DNA from: Actinomycetota bacterium
GTDB lineage: Bacteria > Actinomycetota > Aquicultoria > Subteraquimicrobiales > UBA9087
Assembly: GCA_030019215.1 (NCBI GenBank)
Contig: JASEEZ010000007.1
Span: forward strand, 2,521 to 66,520
Direction: 5' to 3'
DNA length: 64,000 nucleotides
This document shows, piece by piece, positions 9,891-19,649 of this stretch (position 1 is the first letter of the stretch; every line of letters begins with the position of its first letter). Under the pieces are notes generated by a model. The model saw nothing but the letters and a program-made list of their open reading frames with translations, made no database searches and was not told where the DNA came from. The position numbers were made by a program, and so were the translations under genes.

Positions 9891-10059
9891 TTTCCCTCCA
9901 ATCAGTTGGGAGTTTGTTAGTTGGGAGTCGGGAGTTACTAAAATTAAGAATTTAGAATGAAAATGTAGGATGGTTTAGGGTTTTAAAACCATTTTTAGTT
10001 TTTCATTCTCCACCCTTCACTTACCCATCTGCTATCAGCCATCGGCTATCTGCCACCAG
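9891..10059. repeat. Degenerate heptamer array / imperfect palindrome between hypD and hypE
   Basis: In-register 7-mers: agttggg agtttgt tagttgg gagtcgg on the left and atctgct atcagcc atcggct atctgcc accagct on the right. Centre is gggttttaaaacc. Confidence 0.75.
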
Positions 10060-11139
10060 CTACTTCCCGTATCTGTAGTAAGCGGCGCAGGAGCCCTCCG
10101 AGGAGACCATGCAGGGACCGACCGGCGCCTCGGGCGTACACGCCTTACCGAACAACTTGCACTCGTGAGGAAATTTCACTCCTCGCAGGATCTCGCCACA
10201 ACTGCAGCCCTGGGCTTCTTTGGGCGGTGGGATGTCCACCTTGAAAGTTCGGTCCGCGTCAAAGGCGGCGTACTCTTCCCTCAAGGCGTGTCCGCTTTCG
10301 GGGATGATGCCGATTCCCCTCCAATCGGCGTCGGCTAATTTGAAAACTTTATCCAGTGTTTGCAGGGCGATCTCATTTCCCCGTGGGCGGACGCTCCGAC
10401 TATATTGGATCTCCACGCATGATTCACCGTTTTCGATCTGCTTCGTTAACATCAGGATGGACTGGAGGATGTCCAGGGGCTCGAATCCACCGATGACACA
10501 GGGGATACCTTCCGCGGCGATGGGCTCGTAGGGAAGGCTGCCGATGATCGTCGAAACATGCCCGGGGCAGATGAATCCATCTATCCTTACTTCCCCTAGA
10601 CTGAGGAGAGCGATCATCGCCGGAGGGATGACCTTGTGTCTGACCAGGACGGAATAGTTTTTAAGCCCTCGCCTCTCGGCTTCGATGATGGATAGGGCCA
10701 CGGTGGGGGATGTGGTTTCAAAGCCTACTCCGAAGAAGACCACCTTCTTGTTCGGATTGTTCTCGGCGATCCCCAGGGCGTCGAGCGTGGAGTAGACCAT
10801 GCGGATGTCCACTCCCTCGGCCTTCTCCCTCGCCAGACTAGAGTGTGAGCCGGGCACCTTCATCATATCCCCGAAGGTAGTTAAGATTACCCCCGGCTCC
10901 TGAGCGATAGCGATGGCTTTGTCCAGGTCTCGGTTGGCCGTGACGCAGACCGGGCAGCCTGGTCCAGAGAGAAGAGTTATCTTCTCGGGCAGAACTTGCC
11001 TGATGCCGTTCTTGGAGATGGCTACGGTGTGAGTTCCACACACCTCCATCAGGCTTATCTTTTTGTGGGAGACTTTCCTGATTTCCTCGATGAATTTTTT
11101 GGCCAGGGCAGGGTCTCTGTATTCGCTAAGGTGTCTCAA
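10060..11139 (-). CDS. hypD: Hydrogenase maturation protein HypD
   Basis: Motifs CGTHT, GPGCPVCV, GFETT and CPGHVS. Confidence 0.9.
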   Translation of the reverse strand: MRHLSEYRDPALAKKFIEEIRKVSHKKISLMEVCGTHTVAISKNGIRQVLPEKITLLSGPGCPVCVTANRDLDKAIAIAQEPGVILTTFGDMMKVPGSHSSLAREKAEGVDIRMVYSTLDALGIAENNPNKKVVFFGVGFETTSPTVALSIIEAERRGLKNYSVLVRHKVIPPAMIALLSLGEVRIDGFICPGHVSTIIGSLPYEPIAAEGIPCVIGGFEPLDILQSILMLTKQIENGESCVEIQYSRSVRPRGNEIALQTLDKVFKLADADWRGIGIIPESGHALREEYAAFDADRTFKVDIPPPKEAQGCSCGEILRGVKFPHECKLFGKACTPEAPVGPCMVSSEGSCAAYYRYGK

Positions 11140-11353
11140 CTATCCCCAACTCCTCCCAGAGCTTCAAGGTTTCCCTGGCTGCCTCCTCGTCGATTGTCTG
11201 GATGGCGTAGCCTGCGTGGACCAGAACGTAGTCTCCCTCCTTGGTCTCGGGAGCAAGGTGAAGACCGACTTCTCTGACGATGCCCCCGATTTCCACATCG
11301 GCGATGTCATTTTCCTTTATCTTTATTACTTTTCCGGGAATGGCAAGACACAT
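11126..11353 (-). CDS. hypC: Hydrogenase maturation chaperone HypC
   Basis: N-terminal MCLAIPGKV, 75 aa, overlaps the hypD start. Confidence 0.9.
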   Translation of the reverse strand: MCLAIPGKVIKIKENDIADVEIGGIVREVGLHLAPETKEGDYVLVHAGYAIQTIDEEAARETLKLWEELGIVETP

Positions 11354-11383
11354 AAGACCCGCTCCTTTTGCTGATTTTAAATT

Positions 11384-14300
11384 TTAGAATGGACAGTAGG
11401 GCTCGGGACATCCCCCAGCGTATTCCGAATCGGCGCTCACGTATTCTAGAGTCTCGCCCCTCTCCTTGCCCATGACCGATCCGATGTAGAGTACCTGCTC
11501 TTTTTTGCTGCCGTACCTGTAGACCGTGATTCCCTTGCATCCCAGCTCGTGGGCGAGGAGGTAAGCTTCTCTGACGTCTTCCACGGTGGCGTCGGAGGGG
11601 AAGTTGATGGTCTTGGAGACGGCGTTGTCGGTATGTTTCTGGAAGGCGGCCTGCGTTCTCACATGCCACTGAGGGGAGATCTCAAAGGCGGTTACAAATA
11701 CCCTTCGCATATCCTCCGGAATCTCCTTCAAACCCTCAAGGGGACCTTTCTTTGCCACCTCCATCATCAACTCCGGACTGTATAAATCTCGTTCCTTTGC
11801 CGCCTTTTCAAATAAGGGGTTTACCTCCAATAACCTTGTGCCCTCCATGACATTTCGGACGAAAGAGATGGCAAAGAGGGGTTCGATGCCACTGGAGCAA
11901 CCAGCTATGAGGCTTATTGTGCCCGTGGGGGCGATCGTGGTTAGGGTAGCATTTCGGAGCCTTAAACCGCCGGGTTTATCGTAAATGCTCCCTTTGAAGT
12001 TGGGGAAGAAGCCTCGCTTCTCCGCCAGCTTTACGGAAGCCTCTCTTGCCTTTTCCAAAATCAATTTCATCACCTTTTCGGCGATGCTTAATCCCTCTTT
12101 GGAATCGTAGGGTATGCCCAATTCGATGAGGAAGTCGGCAAAGCCCATAACGCCCAGTCCTATTTTTCTATTTCCTTTGGTCATTTCCTCGATTTCGGGG
12201 AGGGGAAATTTATTGGCATCGATGACGTTGTCCAAGAAGTGCACGGCTATTTCCACGGTCCTTTCCAGCCTCTCCCAATCCACTTGGTGATCCTTGACCA
12301 TCTTTGAGAGGTTGATAGATCCAAGATTGCAACTTTCCCCAGGTAAAAGGGGCTGTTCTCCGCAAGGGTTAGTGCTTTCAATTAGACCCAAGCGAGGTGT
12401 TGGATTGCATCTGTTTATTTCGTCTATGAAGACCATACCGGGGTCGCCCGTGCGCCAGGCCATCGTGGTTATGAGGTCGAAGACGTTTCTGGCCTTGAGT
12501 TTTTTGACCTCTTTCCCAGTGCGCGGGTTTACCAGGGGGTATTCCCTGTCGTGCTTGACAGCGTCCATGAATTCGTCGGTTACGGCGACGGAGAGATTGA
12601 AATTGGTCAGGAAATCCTCCCTGGTTTTGGCCGTTATGAACTCCAGGATGTCGGGATGGTCCACTCTTAGGATGCCCATATTGGCACCGCGTCTCCGGCC
12701 ACCCTGTTTAATGACGTCGGTGGCCACGTCGAAGACGCGCATGAAGGAGACCGGCCCGGAGGCGATGCCCTTAGTCGATCTGACGATATCTCCCTTCGGT
12801 CTCAACTTTGAAAAATCAAATCCCGTACCCCCACCGCTATTATGGGAGATAAAACCGTTTGCTATGTAGGCATGCTTATTGGGAATAGTAAGATCCAAAA
12901 CTTCCCGTCTTCCACTGGGCTTGATTTTCTTCACTTTAGTAAAGAAGAGGTCATTATCGATTAAATTTATAAAAAATGGCGGAATAGGTACCCCTTCCTT
13001 TAATGTTTTTGCTATTACTGAGCGACTTAGCTGTCTCGGCTTTCTATGTCTGTAAAGTATGTCGCGAAGAAAGGGATTAATTCTGCGCTTCTGCATCGGT
13101 GAAAGTGTTTTATACCATTCTCTCAAAGGCCTATGTTGATGGGGGATGATCTCACCTCGAACGAAAATAGATTCTGGATCGATTTTTGCTAACCTCTCTC
13201 TTTTCTTTTTGTCCAAGAACCCCACATTTTTTTGGAAAAGTTTGAAACCCGACTTACTGCATATTGATACTTGATAGATATCCTTTAATGATGAGCAATT
13301 TTTGCTAAATGCTCTTTTGTAGTGAGTTCTGCGTGTCGGAATGCCTAAATAAAGCAAGATTGCTTGGAGCTCCTTTGCTAATTTCTCGGAAGCCGTACTC
13401 AATGTAATGTGACCGTTTTTACGGATGCAGCCGTCTGCGGTGAAAAGTCCACGCAAAAATCCATAAATTGCTCCCACATTGCCCCTTGAAATAATGCTGG
13501 GAATTCGTGCTTCAACTGAAGATGCTTTTTTTATCCTTAGAAAGTCGAACCATTCTTTGATTTGGATGCTCATGACGGTTACTTCCCATGTATTTCTTTT
13601 TGGGTCATCGCAGATGGTCACCGTGCTTTGGCTGCCGAAAAGTATACTTGAAAGCTCCTTAATTCTATCTAAAAGTTCAGGGGCTTTCTTGCTCACAGTA
13701 AATCTAATTCCATCTCGGTGATTGGAGCCATCTCCGATATAGAGACCAATTAGCTCTCCTAGCTCTGCGCTTAACTTGGTTGGCAAAGTGTATTCCCTTG
13801 CTTTAAAGCTGGTCTTATTCCTCCCTCGTTTAGGCTTGAATGGAAAAAGCGGCAATGATACCGAGTTGCCATTCCATATATTAGCTTTTAGAATAAGCCA
13901 GTCTCCTTCTTTGAGTTCGCCAATTTTACGCCAAATATATTTGCCTTCTTCGTCCACCACCATGAGTTTGTGTCTATTTGTTCCAACGACGGTGTAACCA
14001 TGGTCTGTAATCACCTCAAATACTGATTGTTCTCCATTGTGATGAACAGCACTAACTGCAAATTCCCCATCGTTGGTCATTATTGTTGAACCCATCTTAA
14101 CCTGATCCAATCTAGTTAAACCTCCAGAGGTCATCACCAGAGTTTCAGGTACCAGGCATTGGTGAATTAGACCCATCTGCTTGACCGCTTCAAAGATGCT
14201 CTTTAAAGAATCTTCGATCGGGAGCACGAAACAGGCGCTGAGCTGCCCCAGATCCGTTCCGGCGTTCATCAGGGTGGGGGAGTTTGGGAGAAATTCGAGA

Positions 14301-14824
14301 TTGGCCATGAGCCGGTAGAATTCCTCCTCGGTTTTTTGAACATCCGCTTTTTTATCGTAGATGGAGTCGATGGCGGCGATGGCCCTGGCGACGCGGCGGA
14401 ACATCTGGGTGGGGGTCTCGACGACATTCCCGTGTTCGTCCTTGATGAGGTACCTCTTTTCCAGCACTCTGGAGGCATTAACGGTCAACTTGAGTTCATC
14501 CTCCACACCAAAGAATCTCTTGGCGGCTCTTATTTCCGCTCTCTTTTGGCGGTAGAGGATGAAGGCCTTGGCCGCTTTGGCGTAGCCTCTTTTTATGAGG
14601 ACTTCCTCCACCAAGTCCTGGACGTTTTCCACACCGGGAATCCGCCCGGCATATTCTTCCTCGAGGAGGGAGACCACTTCTTTGGCCAGTTCACCGGCAA
14701 TGCTTTTGTCCTTCTCCTCGACGGCCAGGATCGCTTTGTGAATGGCATTGGCGATTTTCCCCTGTTCGAAGGGGACGATCCTTCCATCCCTTTTTCTGAT
14801 CTCAGAGATGGCTGAAGAGGCCAT
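11384..14824 (-). CDS. nrdJ: Class II (adenosylcobalamin-type) ribonucleotide reductase carrying one intein
   Basis: N-terminal ATP-cone-like region, extein junction KQMGLIHQ|[15 protein letters not shown]-terminal Cys pair ([10 protein letters not shown]). Confidence 0.85.
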   Translation of the reverse strand: MASSAISEIRKRDGRIVPFEQGKIANAIHKAILAVEEKDKSIAGELAKEVVSLLEEEYAGRIPGVENVQDLVEEVLIKRGYAKAAKAFILYRQKRAEIRAAKRFFGVEDELKLTVNASRVLEKRYLIKDEHGNVVETPTQMFRRVARAIAAIDSIYDKKADVQKTEEEFYRLMANLEFLPNSPTLMNAGTDLGQLSACFVLPIEDSLKSIFEAVKQMGLIHQCLVPETLVMTSGGLTRLDQVKMGSTIMTNDGEFAVSAVHHNGEQSVFEVITDHGYTVVGTNRHKLMVVDEEGKYIWRKIGELKEGDWLILKANIWNGNSVSLPLFPFKPKRGRNKTSFKAREYTLPTKLSAELGELIGLYIGDGSNHRDGIRFTVSKKAPELLDRIKELSSILFGSQSTVTICDDPKRNTWEVTVMSIQIKEWFDFLRIKKASSVEARIPSIISRGNVGAIYGFLRGLFTADGCIRKNGHITLSTASEKLAKELQAILLYLGIPTRRTHYKRAFSKNCSSLKDIYQVSICSKSGFKLFQKNVGFLDKKKRERLAKIDPESIFVRGEIIPHQHRPLREWYKTLSPMQKRRINPFLRDILYRHRKPRQLSRSVIAKTLKEGVPIPPFFINLIDNDLFFTKVKKIKPSGRREVLDLTIPNKHAYIANGFISHNSGGGTGFDFSKLRPKGDIVRSTKGIASGPVSFMRVFDVATDVIKQGGRRRGANMGILRVDHPDILEFITAKTREDFLTNFNLSVAVTDEFMDAVKHDREYPLVNPRTGKEVKKLKARNVFDLITTMAWRTGDPGMVFIDEINRCNPTPRLGLIESTNPCGEQPLLPGESCNLGSINLSKMVKDHQVDWERLERTVEIAVHFLDNVIDANKFPLPEIEEMTKGNRKIGLGVMGFADFLIELGIPYDSKEGLSIAEKVMKLILEKAREASVKLAEKRGFFPNFKGSIYDKPGGLRLRNATLTTIAPTGTISLIAGCSSGIEPLFAISFVRNVMEGTRLLEVNPLFEKAAKERDLYSPELMMEVAKKGPLEGLKEIPEDMRRVFVTAFEISPQWHVRTQAAFQKHTDNAVSKTINFPSDATVEDVREAYLLAHELGCKGITVYRYGSKKEQVLYIGSVMGKERGETLEYVSADSEYAGGCPEPYCPF
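12839..14158 (-). mobile_element. Intein (440 aa, residues 223-662 of NrdJ) with a LAGLIDADG homing-endonuclease domain
   Basis: Starts at Cys (codon 14158-14156, CLVPETLV). Ends FISHN (Asn codon 12841-12839), followed by Ser at +1. LAGLIDADG-like blocks [10 protein letters not shown] and [11 protein letters not shown]. The insert looks more AT-rich than the exteins. Confidence 0.85.
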
Positions 14825-15405
14825 TTTTCTCTCCTTAAAGTAAATCTTCCTAGATATTACTATAATTTATCTAGAGCTTTAAAGCATCCTTTTTCGAACT
14901 AAAGTTCAGGAGGAGTTTTGCTGATCCTAAGTGGAAAGGTGTACAAGTTTGCAGGAATACCGCAAGCGCGCCCAGGATAAAACGGAGGAGGAATGCTTTT
15001 TCGTGGGCGCTAATTACTGCGAGGTCATGGCGACCAGGGCTACGTGGTAGATTTCACGGCGAAATTGGCTATCACCGCTTGACCGAGAGATATTCCGCCA
15101 TCGTTGGCGGGTACTTTTTTGTGTGTCAGGACGTCAAAACCGGCTTCTCTGAGTTTCCTCATCAGTCTGGTCAGGAGATAGGTATTTTGGAAGACCCCAC
15201 CACTTAAGGCCACCCGGTTGAGTCCCTCTTCCCCCCCAATCTTTCGCAGATTTCGGCCGAGAAGTCCACCACGCTGTTGTGAAACTTCGCCGAGATGACC
15301 GAAGGTGAGGTGCCTTTCTCCAGATCTTCAACCACCTCCCTAATGATTGGCTCTGTGTTGATGACCAGGCAAGATTGAGCGTTTGGCACTTCGGGGCTTA
15401 ATCTT

Positions 15406-15440
15406 CCTGTCCCCTGAACCCTGAACCCTGTACCCTGGAT
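15406..15440. repeat. Heptamer tract inside hypF (does not break the reading frame)
   Basis: cctgtcc cctgaac cctgaac cctgtac cctggat; it encodes IQGTGFRVQGTG. Confidence 0.8.
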
Positions 15441-16783
15441 TTTAAAGGGGTAACTCTCTTCGACGCCTTCGTCGGCTATCATCTCGAGCTCGACGGCGGC
15501 CTGCCCCTCGTAATCGATTACGTCCCTTACTCCCAGAAGTGCGGAGACCGCATCGAAAAGCCTCCCGCAGCTTGACGTGATCGGCGAGTTCAAATTTTTA
15601 TCGAGTTGATTTCTCATGATGTTGACCTCATCCTCTTTCAACGATCTGACGAAATCTATTTTTAGCCTTTCGTGATCCCCACCAAAGAGGGAGTAAAGGT
15701 AACTGAAGGCCATTCTGTATGGTCTCTTTATCGCGGCTTCCCCGCCGGGCATTGGAAAATACCTCAGATGCGCGGCCCGTCTAAAATCCATCCAGTCGGC
15801 AATTAAAATTTCTCCTCCCCAGATGGTGTCATCACTACCGTATCCCGTCCCATCGTAGGAGAGCCCAATGACCCTTCCCTCGACGTCATTTTCCGCGGTG
15901 CAACTGGCGATGTGGGCGTGATGGTGTTGAATCCCGATGAGGGGGATATTGTCCAATGATTTGGCAAATTTAGTGGAGAGATATTCGGGGTGAAGGTCGT
16001 GGGCGACTATCTTTGGTTCGATCCTGAACAGTTTCTTGTAAAGACCCAAGGTGGTCTCGAAGTGCTCAAGAGTCTCCAGGTTCTCCATGTCCCCGATGTG
16101 CTGGCTGACGAAGGCGTAAATCCCCTTTGTCAGGCAGAAGGTGTTCTTGAGTTCCGGCCCGACGGCCAGTATTTCTTGGGCTTCAAAGGGCAACCGGATG
16201 GGGAAGGGAGCGAAACTTCTGGCCCGGCGAATCTGTGCCATCTCTTTGCCGATGAGGCGGACAACGGAGTCGTCGTAGCGGGAGTAGATTTCTCTATTGT
16301 GCATGAGGAAATAGTCGGCGATGTGGCCCAATCTTTGCAGAGCCTCCTCATTTTCCATGGCGATCGGTTCCTCACTCATGTTTCCACTGGTCATTACGAG
16401 GGCCATCTTTGATTCTCGGAGGAGAATGTAGTGAAGGGGGGTGTAGGGGAGCATCACCCCTAGATATCTGTTGTTCGGGGTCACCTCCGAGGATATCATT
16501 GACTCTGGCTTCTTGAGGAGCAGGACGACCGGTCTCTGGGGGCTTTTGAGCACCCGTTCTTCCTCCGGAGAAACGAAGCAGTGTCTCTTGATCTCGTCGA
16601 TGTCGTGAATCATTATGGCCAATGGCTTGCCGGGGCGCCTTTTTCTCTTCCTCAGCTCGGTCACCGCCTGATCATTCTCCGCGTCGCAGGCGAGGTGAAA
16701 TCCCCCCAGTCCCTTGATGGCCACTATTCCCCCTTTCTTCAGCAGTTTGATGGTCTCCTGAATGGGATCCTTACACTCGGTTT

Positions 16784-16831
16784 CCTGACCCCTGACCCCT
16801 GACCCCTGACCCCTGACCCCTGACCCCTGAC
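16784..16831. repeat. Near-perfect heptamer tandem repeat (CCTGACC x6 plus a 6-nt partial unit) inside hypF at the frame break
   Basis: Counted directly from the sequence. It encodes VRGQGSGVRGQGSGVR in the upstream frame. Confidence 0.9.
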
Positions 16832-17435
16832 TAGCTCCAGAGATGGCCCGCATTCCGGGCAAGCGTTGGGTTGGGCGTGAAACCTGCGGTTGGCGGGGTC
16901 GTCGTATTCCGTCTGACATTTTGGACACATCTTGAACGCCCTCATCGTCGTCTTCGGGCGATCGTAGGGGATGTCCTCGATGATGGTGAAGCGGGGGCCG
17001 CAGTTCGTGCAGTTGATGAAGGGATAGCGGTACCGTCTATCGGTGGGATCGAAGAGTTCCCGCAGGCACTCATCGCAGATGGAGATGTCGGGCGAGATGA
17101 GAAGGAATTGTTCTTCCTCCTCCGCGCTGTGCTTGATGACAAAGGAGGAGTAGCCCACCAGAGGGAGACTCTTTGTCTCGATGCTTTCTATCTTGGCTAG
17201 GGGTGGCGGTTCGCTCTCGATGTCTTCGAGAAAGGCCTCGATGTCTTTCTCCTCACCCTCTATCTCGATGACCACGCCCTTGGTGGAGTTGAGCACCCAC
17301 CCGGCCAAGTTGTGGTGGTGAGCGAGCTGATAAATGAAGGGCCTGAAACCTACCCCCTGGACTACCCCTTTGATTACTAGCTGGAGTCTTTCGGCCATCT
17401 TGACTCCCCTTAGAGGCAGAGGCGTTGAATTAATG

Positions 17436-17624
17436 CTATTTCTGGGCCAGTATCACCTTGTGTTCCAGTAGCTTGATCTCCTTTACCTCAGCCTCTACGA
17501 ATTTTTGCTCTCCAAAGAGGTCCACCAGGAGAAGCTTGCCTTTCTCGGGTTTTATTGTAATCACGTTATCCATAAAATCTTCGAGCTTACCCTCTTTTTC
17601 AATGTAGACCTTTGCCTCACACAT
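17436..17624 (-). CDS. cooT: CooT-family nickel-binding protein
   Basis: The internal ATG at 17624 gives MCEAKVYIEKEG..., the Cys2 N-terminus typical of CooT, about 62 aa. Confidence 0.6.
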   Translation of the reverse strand: MCEAKVYIEKEGKLEDFMDNVITIKPEKGKLLLVDLFGEQKFVEAEVKEIKLLEHKVILAQK

Positions 17625-18054
17625 CCTTTTTGCCCTCCTCTGGTAAACCAAGCCTTTTTCTTATCAGCTCTATAGTCTCTTCCATGAGATGGGGGAGTGG
17701 AATCTGGGTTACGCCGATCAAATCGATGTGGGGATGAGAGAGGGGAAGGAGAATTTTTTGAGCTGGAGAGGTCGCTATGGCCTCGGCCATGACCGGTGTC
17801 AGCTCCCCCATCATCGAGTTGGGAATCACCGCTGATATTGGTCCGACGATGATGTCGGCGCTTTTCACGGAGAGCCTCACCGCGTTTTCACCGCTGGCTC
17901 CTCGATTTGCGCCAGCCTTCATCATATTATTTGTGGCTATGGCGTTGGTGCCCAGAACCACGACCTCGATATCCCCTGGGAGGCTTTCTCTCAGGCGGCT
18001 GACTATTTGGTGCCCGATGCTCCCGCCCATCCCATCTATTACCACTATGGTCAT
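17617..18054 (-). CDS. DUF3842-like protein
   Basis: MTIVVIDGMGGSIGHQIV... N-terminus, 145 aa. The family call is from memory. Confidence 0.5.
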   Translation of the reverse strand: MTIVVIDGMGGSIGHQIVSRLRESLPGDIEVVVLGTNAIATNNMMKAGANRGASGENAVRLSVKSADIIVGPISAVIPNSMMGELTPVMAEAIATSPAQKILLPLSHPHIDLIGVTQIPLPHLMEETIELIRKRLGLPEEGKKDV

Positions 18055-18245
18055 AACATTCTCCCGATTCCGTTATTAGGAATTAGTTATTCGAAATTAG
18101 TTGACAGTTCACAGATGACAGTTGTCAGCTAGCTTAGAGCCAAGAGCTCAGAGCTTAGAGAAAAAGCTTTTAGCTCTACCCTCTCCGCTCCCTGCTCCCT
18201 GCTCTCTGTCAACTGTGAACTGGTTCCTGGTAGCTGGCAACTGAT
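18055..18245. repeat. Exemplar phase-locked degenerate heptamer array (about 25 consecutive in-register 7-mers) with palindromic halves
   Basis: ttattag gaattag ttattcg aaattag ttgacag ttcacag atgacag ttgtcag ctagctt agagcca agagctc agagctt agagaaa aagcttt tagctct accctct ccgctcc ctgctcc ctgctct ctgtcaa ctgtgaa ctggttc ctggtag ctggcaa ctgattt. Confidence 0.9.
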
Positions 18246-18575
18246 TTACTTAAGCCAGGGAGAGAGTTCCTCAATCACCTTTTTCTTCGGCAAGGCTCCA
18301 ACCAGCCTTTTCTGTTCCTCTCCGTCCTTGAAGAGAATCAGGGTGGGGATGCTCAAGATGTTGTGCTTCACGGCGATCTCTTGATTATCATCCACGTTCA
18401 ACTTGGCTATCTTGATTTTCCCTTCATATTCCTCTGCCAGTTCATCGAGAATGGGTGTGACCATCCGACACGGCGCGCACCAAGCTGCCCAGAAATCGAC
18501 CAACACAGATACTTTCGAGTCTAGAACCTCCTCTTTGAAATTGGTCGCCGAAAGCTGAACAATTTTTTCGCTCAT
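18246..18575 (-). CDS. trxA: Thioredoxin (active site WCAPC)
   Basis: FWAAWCAPCRM motif, 109 aa. Confidence 0.9.
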   Translation of the reverse strand: MSEKIVQLSATNFKEEVLDSKVSVLVDFWAAWCAPCRMVTPILDELAEEYEGKIKIAKLNVDDNQEIAVKHNILSIPTLILFKDGEEQKRLVGALPKKKVIEELSPWLK

Positions 18576-18620
18576 CGATTCACCCCTTTCCCGGAGATAA
18601 TGATGGTCTTGAGGCTGTTC

Positions 18621-19550
18621 TCATTTGAGATGTCCTTCGATATATTTCTGTGCCGAGATGGCCGCTGTTGCCCCTTCTCCGACGGCGACGCTTATTTGTT
18701 TGAGGGGGTTGCATCTCACATCGCCCGCGGCAAAGATGCCAGGAATGGAAGTCATCATGTTTTCGTCGGTCACGATGTAGCCCTCTCTGTCCAGCTTCAA
18801 GAGGTTCCCAAGAAAAGTCGTGTTGGGTTCGGTGCCGATGTAGACGAATATCCCATCGGTCTTAATTTCCCTCTCTTCCCCGCTCTTTTTATTGCGAACG
18901 ATCGCGCCTTCCACCCTCGATTCTCCCAAAATTCTGAGGATTTGTGAATCCCAGACGAAGCCCACCTTTTTGTTGTCAAAGACCCTCTCCTGCAGGATTT
19001 TTGCCGCCCTCAGTTCATCTCGGCGGTGCACGACGAGAATGCTCCTCGCAAATTTGGTTAGAAACAAAACCTCTTCCATGGCGGCATCCCCTCCGCCGAT
19101 CACTAAAAGCTTCTTCCCTTTGAAGAGCGCCCCGTCACAGGTGGCACAGTAGGAAACGCCCCTTCCTTGGAGCTCCCTTTCTCCGGGGACATTTAATTTC
19201 TTGGGACGAGCTCCTGTGGCTATGATAACTGCTTTTGCTGGATACTTCGTGCCCTCGACGGCGATCTCCTTGGCCTCTCCTTTGATTTTGATGGAGGTTG
19301 CCATAGAGGGAGCGGATATTTCCAGCCCGAAGAACCTGGCTTGCCGCTCTATCCTTTCCATAAGCTCCGGGCCGGATATGCCATCCGGGAAACCAGGGTA
19401 ATTTTCAACCAATTCTGTTGTGGCGGCTTGCCCTCCCAGAACTTCCCCCTCAAGGAGCAGGGTTTTTAATCGAGCTCTGGCGGCATAGAGGCCGGCAGTG
19501 AGACCCGCCGGTCCGCCGCCGACGATTATTATGTCGTTAATTCTCTCCAA
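18621..19550 (-). CDS. trxB: Thioredoxin-disulfide reductase
   Basis: GGGPAG, CATCDG and a second dinucleotide motif GGGDAAMEE. Confidence 0.9.
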   Translation of the reverse strand: MERINDIIIVGGGPAGLTAGLYAARARLKTLLLEGEVLGGQAATTELVENYPGFPDGISGPELMERIERQARFFGLEISAPSMATSIKIKGEAKEIAVEGTKYPAKAVIIATGARPKKLNVPGERELQGRGVSYCATCDGALFKGKKLLVIGGGDAAMEEVLFLTKFARSILVVHRRDELRAAKILQERVFDNKKVGFVWDSQILRILGESRVEGAIVRNKKSGEEREIKTDGIFVYIGTEPNTTFLGNLLKLDREGYIVTDENMMTSIPGIFAAGDVRCNPLKQISVAVGEGATAAISAQKYIEGHLK

Positions 19551-19649
19551 GATGCTTACCTCGCGCCTCGATTCTCTCCGGCGCCTGTGGCGTTCTTAAA
19601 TTTGAGCGATACTATTATAACCTTTTCCTGCCCCTTGCCGGGAGATTTT

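Larger units (their letters stand above)
15040..17398 (-). pseudogene. hypF: Carbamoyltransferase HypF, interrupted by two frame changes
   Basis: The acylphosphatase domain, two CxxC-x18-CxxC fingers, YrdC (GGIVAIKGLGGFHLACDA) and Kae1-like parts are all present but lie in three frames. The breaks are at the 7-nt repeat tract 16784-16831 and at the C7 run 15231-15237. The tail LNRVALSGGVFQN...PANDGGISLGQAVIA is in the third frame and ends at 15040. Confidence 0.8.

Noticed and set aside
14825-15039. Looked for a cobalamin riboswitch or NrdR boxes upstream of nrdJ
   Set aside because: I found only an inverted repeat, CTAGATA-N11-TATCTAG (14850-14874), overlapping an AT-rich -10-like region. 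It does not match the B12 box, and I cannot confidently match it to the NrdR-box consensus. It is left as an unassigned possible operator.
18055-18245. Possible CRISPR array or microsatellite
   Set aside because: The units are 7 nt with no spacers, they drift continuously in sequence, and they form palindromic halves. No cas genes are present. It is not CRISPR-like.
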